From: Candidatus Eiseniibacteriota bacterium
GTDB lineage: Bacteria > Eisenbacteria > RBG-16-71-46
Direction of reading: 5' to 3'
Length of the DNA: 64,000 nucleotides
Assembly (NCBI GenBank): GCA_963725865.1
Contig: CAVSAC010000014.1
Coordinates: 1,632,001 to 1,696,000 of the forward strand
Every line of letters begins with the position of its first letter. Within the stretch, counting starts at the first letter, position 1. Both the position numbers and the translations under genes were made by a program. The notes beneath the pieces are model-generated. The model was given only the letters and a program-made list of their open reading frames with translations, was not told the DNA's origin and ran no database searches. Positions 63,642 through 64,000 of this stretch are shown here, piece by piece.

Positions 63642-64000
63642 AGGTCGCCGTGCTCATGGGCGGACGCTCCTCGGAGCGGCTCATCTCGCTCAAGACCGGG
63701 CGCGGGATCGCCCAGGCGCTGCGCACGCTCGGTCACGACGTGACCTCCATCGATGCGGCCGACGGCGCGCCGCTGCCGGCCGGCGACGAGGAACGCGGGG
63801 CGCGAGCTCCCGAGGTGGTCCAGGACCTGCCTGCCGCGGCGGCACTCGGAGTGGCGATCGCACCGGCCGTGCGCGCCGCCGCCGTGGTGTTCATCGCGCT
63901 GCACGGGCCCGGAGGCGAGGATGGGAGCGTCCAGGGCCTGCTCGAGTACGCGGGCAAGGCGTACACCGGCTCGGGCGTGCTGGGCAGCGCGCTGGCCCTC
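63638..64000 (+). CDS. ddl: D-alanine--D-alanine ligase (partial, runs off the window)
   Basis: VAVLMGGRSSERLISLKTG, FIALHGPGGEDGSVQGLLE, YTGSG. Confidence 0.93.
   Translation, partial: MKVAVLMGGRSSERLISLKTGRGIAQALRTLGHDVTSIDAADGAPLPAGDEERGARAPEVVQDLPAAAALGVAIAPAVRAAAVVFIALHGPGGEDGSVQGLLEYAGKAYTGSGVLGSALAL

Overview
A 64-kb window from a very GC-rich (roughly 70% by eye) diderm bacterium. Five secreted proteins with a FlgD-Ig/T9SS-type C-terminal domain point to an FCB-related lineage such as Candidatus Eisenbacteria (inference only). Housekeeping genes: murA, selB, yicC-gmk-rpoZ-coaBC-udg-dnaB (with intein)-mlaEFD-cupin-radA-hypothetical-ispD-ispF, gltX and a partial ddl. There is also a czcCBA-type efflux operon whose czcA is heavily frameshifted, probably by sequencing error. 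The 22-40 kb stretch is an accessory region with four notable elements. (1) An IS5-family remnant sits beside an atypical serine hydrolase. (2) A lower-GC DUF2075 nuclease-helicase follows selB. (3) A 3,566-bp IS630 element (24-bp TIRs, TA duplication) splits a dinB gene and carries two passenger envelope genes, which are themselves bracketed by related dyad sites resembling recombinase cores. (4) A ~3.7-kb segment bounded by a 36-bp direct repeat encodes a secreted protein with a near-perfect internal duplication of 1,398-bp period. I found no tRNA, rRNA or CRISPR array. All calls come from reading the sequence and recalling motifs; no database search was run.
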